IMG/VR virus record: IMGVR_UViG_3300043447_000395
Coordinates: 40,090 to 104,089 of that record
DNA length: 64,000 bases
Strand: one strand, 5' to 3'
Origin: a virus
Lineage: Duplodnaviria; Caudoviricetes
Shown here: positions 58,152 through 64,000 of the stretch, in pieces
Numbering within the stretch: position 1 is the stretch's first letter
Layout of the letters: each line of letters starts with the position of its first letter
Translations under genes and position numbers: made by a program
The notes under the pieces: model-generated
The model's database searches: none
What the model was told of the DNA's origin: nothing
The model's input: only the letters and a program-made list of their open reading frames with translations

Positions 58152-60482
58152 TATTTTAGTCGTTATGAAATCGATTGATGAAATATTATCATCTTTCTTA
58201 ATCATAATTAAATTATCCGACCAGTTACGAATTAAAGAGTTGTGTGAGATTACGAATATATGTTCAAAGTAATCTTTTATTTTCTTAAAGAACTCTCCAA
58301 CCATTTCTAAATTCTCGTCTGCTATTTTACCGAACACCTCATCCATCACTACGATGTTTGGTTTTGGTAAAGATGAAATTTTAGTTAATACACTACGAAG
58401 TGCCAATGATGAAATTGTTCTCTCATAACCTGAACCAGAGTTCAATGGTTTCACTACACGAGTTTCTGTATCAATCATAATGAATTCAACTTCATTCTTA
58501 TCGTTTACGTTTAACTCTAATATGAAGTGACAACTATCCACAAGTAAACGATACAACTCTTGATTAATCAATGGAATCATATTCTTCATGATTACTTTAG
58601 AAATACCATTCTTACCATAGATGGTTAAATAAATCTTAAACACTGCAAGTAATTCTTCTTCAGATTTAATCTTAGCAATCAAATCATTATTTATACCAAT
58701 CTTCTCTTGCATATTGGTAATGTTATTTCTATGTTTTTCGATTGATGTATTAGTTACTCTAATGTTCGCATTAGCAGTTTCAATTTGAGTTCTAAGTCTA
58801 ATCAACAACGCATCGATTCTTTGATTCTCTTCTAACTTCTTTTTATTTGATTCGTAGTTATCAAGTTTCATTTGTTTAGTATCAATCTCAAGTTGTTTTT
58901 GTTCAACCTCCAATTCATATCTCTCTTTACGAAGTTTGTTTCTTTCGTATGTTTCAAACTCTGTCTTTAGTTTCTCAAACGATTCCGATTGTTCCTTTAG
59001 TTTATCAAACTCAATTTGATTTAACTCTAATTCTTTAACGATGTCTTCAATCTCTTTTTTAATCTTTTCGATTTCATCCGTGTGATCAACCTCATCCAAT
59101 GCACGATTACAAGTTGGACAAACTGTCCCCTCCTCAAATTTCTTAATTAACTTTTCTTTCTCGCCTTTCTCATATTTCCCCGCGACGTCAATCCCTTGTA
59201 ACTCCGCCATTTGGCCTCTGAGTTCTTTGTGTTGTTCTTCAAGATAATATTCTGAAGGTTCCACAACAGTAACATTATTAGCGTTAGACTGGCTAGCATT
59301 TCTTTGAGTTGTTAAATCGTTTATTTCTCTTTGTAATAAAGTTGGATTTGTGTTAACCAAATCTTTATCGACATCATTGTTTTTAGAAGTTAAGGAATTA
59401 TCTCTTTCTTCTTCTAACTTTCCTAATTCCTTTTCAAAATCACTTAGGTCATTAGTTAGTTCTATAATTTTTGATTCAGAATCTGCAATACTATCTGTGT
59501 ATGTTGTATTATCAGTTTGTAATTGAACGATGTTGTAGGTATTTGAAATTAATTTCTTACTCCAATCGTTATATATTTCCTTAGCCTTCTCTTCTTTTAA
59601 TTTAAGACTCTCCAATCCCATAAACTTGGTGAGGATTTGTCCTCGAGCGGTTGGTTTAGATTCGATTAATTCTTCTAAATTATAACCCGTCGTTAAGATT
59701 GTTGACAAGAAATCTTCTTCAGTACCAATAGCAGATGAGATGAACGCTTCAGTTTCACGTCTTTGTTCACCTGACAAATTTTCAACAGTACCATCTTCTT
59801 TTCTTTTATAGAATTCCAATTTGTTGGTTACTGTATAATCACCTGATTTACTTTTCTTTCTTAATGTCTTTCTTTCAATTACGTAATCATCACCATCGAT
59901 TGTGATTTCACCACGAACACTTACCTCATCTTTATCACTAAATCTATTGAAGATTTCTGCGTTGGTTTTAGTTTTGGTTGTTGTATTGAAAAATAAGAAC
60001 ATCAATAAATCTACGGTTGATGTTGATTTACCTCCAAAGTTTTTTGGTGTTGATTCAATTACAGTAATGCCGTCAAGACCTGTAAAATCAATAACATTAT
60101 TATCACCAAATGAAAGAAAGTTGGAGAATTCAACCTTCTTAATATACCACTTATTGTATCTAACTTTATTTTCATTTAATTTATTTATTTCGACATTTAC
60201 CTTATCATCAAGTCTATTAATTAATTCCCATTTGATGTCGATACTATTATCGGTAATAAAATCACGCATCAATTTCTTTTGATATTGATGGTCAAGTATG
60301 TTGTCTGTCACTTCTAAAGATTCTAAACGAGTGTTGTTTACATTCGTTAAGGTTTTAGTAATGACCTGAACACTTTTAGAATTATATTTTTCTTGGAAAT
60401 AGGATTTCACCCTCTTGATTTTTTCAGGGGTGAAATTTTCAGGGACATCTTCCCAAGTTATTTTTATAAAAGGATTACTCAT
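58146..60482 (-). CDS. sbcC: Rad50/SbcC (gp46-like) SMC-family ATPase
   Basis: NFLSFG, NFGGKST Walker A, CPTC zinc hook, GSGYE signature, VVMDEVFG, ISH. Likely start is ATG 60482. Confidence 0.88.
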   Translation of the reverse strand: MSNPFIKITWEDVPENFTPEKIKRVKSYFQEKYNSKSVQVITKTLTNVNNTRLESLEVTDNILDHQYQKKLMRDFITDNSIDIKWELINRLDDKVNVEINKLNENKVRYNKWYIKKVEFSNFLSFGDNNVIDFTGLDGITVIESTPKNFGGKSTSTVDLLMFLFFNTTTKTKTNAEIFNRFSDKDEVSVRGEITIDGDDYVIERKTLRKKSKSGDYTVTNKLEFYKRKEDGTVENLSGEQRRETEAFISSAIGTEEDFLSTILTTGYNLEELIESKPTARGQILTKFMGLESLKLKEEKAKEIYNDWSKKLISNTYNIVQLQTDNTTYTDSIADSESKIIELTNDLSDFEKELGKLEEERDNSLTSKNNDVDKDLVNTNPTLLQREINDLTTQRNASQSNANNVTVVEPSEYYLEEQHKELRGQMAELQGIDVAGKYEKGEKEKLIKKFEEGTVCPTCNRALDEVDHTDEIEKIKKEIEDIVKELELNQIEFDKLKEQSESFEKLKTEFETYERNKLRKERYELEVEQKQLEIDTKQMKLDNYESNKKKLEENQRIDALLIRLRTQIETANANIRVTNTSIEKHRNNITNMQEKIGINNDLIAKIKSEEELLAVFKIYLTIYGKNGISKVIMKNMIPLINQELYRLLVDSCHFILELNVNDKNEVEFIMIDTETRVVKPLNSGSGYERTISSLALRSVLTKISSLPKPNIVVMDEVFGKIADENLEMVGEFFKKIKDYFEHIFVISHNSLIRNWSDNLIMIKKDDNISSIDFITTKIS

Positions 60483-61392
60483 TGTTCTTGCTTTGTTCGA
60501 AAACGTTTTTACCGTTTTCATTTATATCGATTAAAGTATAATTTCTGTTTAATTTTTCACACGCTCTACCTAATACTCCTGACCCCGCGAAAAAATCAAT
60601 ACAATTGTCATTTTCTTTTGTGTACAAATGTAACAATCTTTCAATCAACTTGATTGGTTTTTGAGTTGCATAATCTAATTTCTCACCAACTTGTGTGCTC
60701 GATATATCAGTCCACACATCTTTTAATGGAATACCATCTAATTCAGAATAATATCTTTTGATTCTTGGAATTCCCTTTTGATTATACTCCAATCGATTGT
60801 CGTCATGTAACATTTGCATTCTCTCTTTAGAACACCACCACTGTCTATGATTACCGTTCCAATCGTATCTTAAATTCTCTCTAACAATCACATCAGGTTG
60901 TGAATTTACTGCTGCTGATGTTGTATATGGACCTCTACCCGTTCCATCGTCTTTATAATTCTTGTTAGGGTCTAAAACATGTGGTTCATACATTGGTTTA
61001 AAGTATGCTTTAGATTTCTTTTTAGAATAAACCAACAAAACGTCGTGTGACCTCATTAGTTTACTCTTAACTTTCTTCATACCATTTGTACACCAAATGA
61101 TTTCATTTTGAAAATTCTTGATTCCAAATATTTCATCTAACATCACTTTACAATAATGTGAAGCAATTGGGTCTATGTGTAAAACCAAGTTACCATTATC
61201 GTTTAATTTTTGATGTATTAATTCTACTCTAGGTTTTAAAAATTCAATAAAAGACTTAGTGTCTTCAAATCTATCATCGAAGTCACCAAAATCTCTTCCT
61301 GTGTTATATGGTGGATCAATATAACAGAAATCGAAATTGGTTTCCAATGTTTGTAAAACCTCTAAATTGTTTCCAACTATATATTCGTTCAT
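60475..61392 (-). CDS. Site-specific N6A/N4C DNA methyltransferase (beta class)
   Basis: YIDPPY, NEIIW, TQKP..L.ER, DFFAGSG. Confidence 0.9.
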   Translation of the reverse strand: MNEYIVGNNLEVLQTLETNFDFCYIDPPYNTGRDFGDFDDRFEDTKSFIEFLKPRVELIHQKLNDNGNLVLHIDPIASHYCKVMLDEIFGIKNFQNEIIWCTNGMKKVKSKLMRSHDVLLVYSKKKSKAYFKPMYEPHVLDPNKNYKDDGTGRGPYTTSAAVNSQPDVIVRENLRYDWNGNHRQWWCSKERMQMLHDDNRLEYNQKGIPRIKRYYSELDGIPLKDVWTDISSTQVGEKLDYATQKPIKLIERLLHLYTKENDNCIDFFAGSGVLGRACEKLNRNYTLIDINENGKNVFEQSKNNE

Positions 61393-62321
61393 TATTTTGT
61401 ATCCGTATTTAACATTTTTTCTTTATAAATCGTCTCAATTACTTCCCTCACTTTACCTCGATATTTGTTTTGTAATTCCATACTAACGCTACTCACTAAA
61501 TAACCCGGTTTCTCAGAGTCTTCTAACGCCTTTTCAGGTATTGCAATGTATTCCCAATTTTCATGGGTTTCATAATCATCATGAGGTATTGTAAACAAAT
61601 AAAAATCTGATTCACCTAAAGAATATCTCACATGTCCATTGACATATGCGTCTTTATTTTTTTCACTTGACCTTCTAGTTTGTTCTAAATGTAATTGTGA
61701 ACCTCTAAATTTACTTTGTGCGGTTATCGTCACATTCTTATCAACACTAATCAAATCCCAACTCATTCCATTTTTATCTACAATGTTTTTCACATTCATG
61801 TATTCTTCTCTTCTCATGAATTGAATTGGTGAAATCTTGTTCAACACATCTCTTTGTATGTATTCATTAACATCTGCCAATGATTTACCTAAGTCTCTTT
61901 TGTTTTTTTCTTTTACCAAACTTCTATATGACATCAAATGGTAATATTGTAATGTTCCCTCTTCGATAAACACACCTTTCTTTCCTCCGATTGATACATT
62001 TATACTTGGTAATTCTTCGTCATTTAAATTAACATCATACAATACACTTTCTTTGATATCGTATTTTTCATATGTCTTCTTTAAATTATCAATTATAGTT
62101 TTCCACTCATCAGCAAACTCATCACTAACTTGTAAGTTATATGGAACATTGTTTCCGTATTTACCTTTTAAAGTTATTAAAATCGTTTTCGATTTGTTGG
62201 TTTGATTTACTACGTTAAGAAAAAGGTCCGGTTGTTTTTGATGGAACTCTTTAAAGATTAACGTATAAAGTTCTTCGGGAGTTGTAAACTTGAAGAATTT
62301 ATTACCTATGGTAATATTCAT
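61392..62321 (-). CDS. Putative restriction endonuclease (PD-(D/E)xK-like)
   Basis: Coupled to the MTase (TAATG overlap); WDL...AQSKFR resembles a D-x(n)-QxK catalytic motif. Confidence 0.45.
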   Translation of the reverse strand: MNITIGNKFFKFTTPEELYTLIFKEFHQKQPDLFLNVVNQTNKSKTILITLKGKYGNNVPYNLQVSDEFADEWKTIIDNLKKTYEKYDIKESVLYDVNLNDEELPSINVSIGGKKGVFIEEGTLQYYHLMSYRSLVKEKNKRDLGKSLADVNEYIQRDVLNKISPIQFMRREEYMNVKNIVDKNGMSWDLISVDKNVTITAQSKFRGSQLHLEQTRRSSEKNKDAYVNGHVRYSLGESDFYLFTIPHDDYETHENWEYIAIPEKALEDSEKPGYLVSSVSMELQNKYRGKVREVIETIYKEKMLNTDTK

Positions 62322-62327
62322 TACGTT

Positions 62328-62636
62328 CTATTTAATTCTACTCTCCTCGAAAAATTCGATGACAGCATTTATGGCCCACACTGATCCCGCAGTAAACATT
62401 CCGTCAAAAAATAGGTAAGCCAACCAATTCGACTGTAAATAATGATTACTTAATCCACCCAAAACCAATGACATAAAAAATCCAACCCATGTACTTGTAC
62501 AAAGAGTACAACTAATTAATGTTCCAAACCAGTTAGAATGCGCAGTAATCCATGCTCTTTGATTCTCAAAAATTTTACCCCATACTAATATGGATGTCAT
62601 CCCATATGCTGCAAGTGCCCAAAATATTAATAACAT
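62328..62636 (-). CDS. Small membrane protein (DUF1360-like)
   Basis: LISCTLCTSTWVG motif between TM segments. Confidence 0.6.
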   Translation of the reverse strand: MLLIFWALAAYGMTSILVWGKIFENQRAWITAHSNWFGTLISCTLCTSTWVGFFMSLVLGGLSNHYLQSNWLAYLFFDGMFTAGSVWAINAVIEFFEESRIK

Positions 62637-62699
62637 ATCTTATTGTTTTATATAAATTATAAGTAAAATAAGTGATAAAAAAAAGTGAACGGAGGTATA

Positions 62700-63467
62700 T
62701 TATTCGTCATACAAACTATTCATATTACTGTTTTTCATTAACTTACCTTTATTCATGTTAGTTAATGCACCAGTAATTTTATCTAAATCATCTTTTAATT
62801 TTTGATTTTCCTCTTTTAATTTTTCAAGTTCAAGATTATTAAACACTTCTTTAGTTACTTCAACAATCTTCTCAACCTGCACCTCTTTAATCACCTCTTT
62901 AATGACTTCCACAGGTACATGAACCTCTTTAACAACTTCTTTGATTACTTCTACTGGAACTTCCTTGATGACCTCTTTAATAACTTCTATTGGGACTTCT
63001 TTGATGATTTCCTTTGTGATAGTTTTTGTTTTTGTTTTACCTTCTTTAAAAACTTCAACAGGGACTTCTTTTATTATTTCAATGGGGACCTCTTTGATGA
63101 TTTCCTTAATAACTTCTATTTCAACTTCTTTAATGACTTCTTTGATTACTTCGACAGGCACTTCCTTAATAACCTCTTTAATAACTTCTACCGGCACCTC
63201 TTTAACAACTTCTTTGATGACTTGAACTTCGTAAGGTACTTTTATTTCTTTCTCAACAATTACCTCAACAGGTACTTCTTTGATGACTTCAACAATTTTT
63301 TCTTTAACCCTTACATTTCCGACAGGGGTTTCACCAAATTTTAATAATGTGAAACCCCTAGTGAAAGTATCGTTGGCTAATTTGTCAATATCTTTAATTT
63401 CATTTAACTCACAGTAAAGAATAAATTCCTTATCCAAGGTTAACGTGTACTTCTTCTCCATTTTCAA
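62700..63467 (-). CDS. Protein with long VIKE/VPVE tetrapeptide repeats and C-terminal coiled coil
   Basis: About 150 aa of (V/I)(I/P)(K/V)E repeats. Confidence 0.75.
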   Translation of the reverse strand: MKMEKKYTLTLDKEFILYCELNEIKDIDKLANDTFTRGFTLLKFGETPVGNVRVKEKIVEVIKEVPVEVIVEKEIKVPYEVQVIKEVVKEVPVEVIKEVIKEVPVEVIKEVIKEVEIEVIKEIIKEVPIEIIKEVPVEVFKEGKTKTKTITKEIIKEVPIEVIKEVIKEVPVEVIKEVVKEVHVPVEVIKEVIKEVQVEKIVEVTKEVFNNLELEKLKEENQKLKDDLDKITGALTNMNKGKLMKNSNMNSLYDE

Positions 63468-64000
63468 TGTCTTTTATGTCTGATATAGTAAAGTGAAGAA
63501 ATGGTTGTTCATTCGGTAAATCATGGAATGTATATTCATCTGTCTCCACATTATATATACCATAACCATGATGTTTCACAGTCTCACCAAAATTTTGTTG
63601 TATTAAACTACCAACCATAACTGCCTTACCTCCATTTGGTAATGTGAATTGTTGTCTCTTATGGATGTCACCGCATAACAATAAATCTAAATCGTTGAAG
63701 TTTAATCTATCGTACGCATCTTCGAACTCATAACCTAAGTCCGTTGATAGTCCCATGATTGGTCCGTGGAATAATCCAACAGTTAATAAACCTTCTTGTT
63801 TTGTAAATTCAGGTCTAACATTGTGTTGATATAATGAATAAACCACCCATTGAATATTACCATCACTATCAACATAATCACCACTATCTTTTAGATATGT
63901 GATGTTTGGGTTGTCTAATAATTCAACGACTGGCGTAATACTATCCATACGTTGTGTGTTATTCTCTAAGAAGTCATGATTACCCGGTATGATTACTACT
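63430..64000 (-). CDS. sbcD: Mre11/SbcD (gp47-like) metallophosphoesterase, 5'-truncated
   Basis: Frame is open to the window end (VVIIPGNHD); FHG, GDIHKRQ, GSLIQQNFGE. Confidence 0.82.
   Translation of the reverse strand, partial: VVIIPGNHDFLENNTQRMDSITPVVELLDNPNITYLKDSGDYVDSDGNIQWVVYSLYQHNVRPEFTKQEGLLTVGLFHGPIMGLSTDLGYEFEDAYDRLNFNDLDLLLCGDIHKRQQFTLPNGGKAVMVGSLIQQNFGETVKHHGYGIYNVETDEYTFHDLPNEQPFLHFTISDIKDIENGEEVHVNLG

Noticed and set aside
62919-63344. + strand FNNFFDD and ITSTGTS repeat ORFs
   Set aside because: Antisense shadows of the VIKE/VPVE repeat gene
1-64000. Bacterial chromosome (LPS/capsule locus plus housekeeping genes)
   Set aside because: nusG, clpP, sigma and trxA lack their usual chromosomal neighbours (secE/rplK, tig/clpX), no Wzx/Wzy/ABC export genes are present, and fibre genes plus many short hypothetical ORFs dominate. 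No capsid or terminase gene is in the window, so phage origin remains an inference.
1-64000. Stop-codon reassignment, as seen in some large phages
   Set aside because: The standard code gives full-length, densely packed genes; TAA, TGA and TAG all end genes at sensible positions
1-64000. tRNA, rRNA, introns or inteins
   Set aside because: No cloverleaf/T-loop signatures or interrupted conserved genes were seen by eye, and intergenic gaps are mostly too short; a covariance-model scan was not run

Overview
This is an AT-rich, densely coded 64-kb segment of a large (jumbo/huge-type) dsDNA phage genome. The host is most likely a Bacteroidota member, inferred from a Bacteroidota-type ClpP, RpoD-like sigma factor and Hc1-like protein, TAnnTTTG promoter boxes and the lack of clear Shine-Dalgarno sites. 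Block 1 (1-21.9 kb) is a convergently transcribed glycan synthesis/modification island: two atypical NDP-sugar SDRs, a ThDP-enzyme beta subunit, a 2OG-Fe(II) oxygenase, four radical SAM enzymes, five SGNH-like proteins, two GT7 galactosyltransferase-like enzymes with an inserted LamG domain, stand-alone LamG proteins, other GTs and a methyltransferase. Block 2 (21.9-41.1 kb) holds large modular fibre/virion proteins; four are built on Pro-free collagen-like (Gly-Ser/Thr-Ser) repeats. A pirin gene is inserted among them, and most sit downstream of a TATTTATA putative late promoter, some with structured leaders. Block 3 (41.2-64 kb) carries redox, transcription (NusG, sigma-70), Dam, ClpP, putative head-internal and lysis-like genes, an ADP-heptose kinase/epimerase pair, a putative R-M pair and a Mre11/Rad50 pair separated by four genes. 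The best candidate for a new system is a phage-encoded pathway that glycosylates and chemically decorates the Ser/Thr collagen-like fibres. No tRNA, rRNA or CRISPR array was seen. All calls come from reading motifs by eye; no database search was run.
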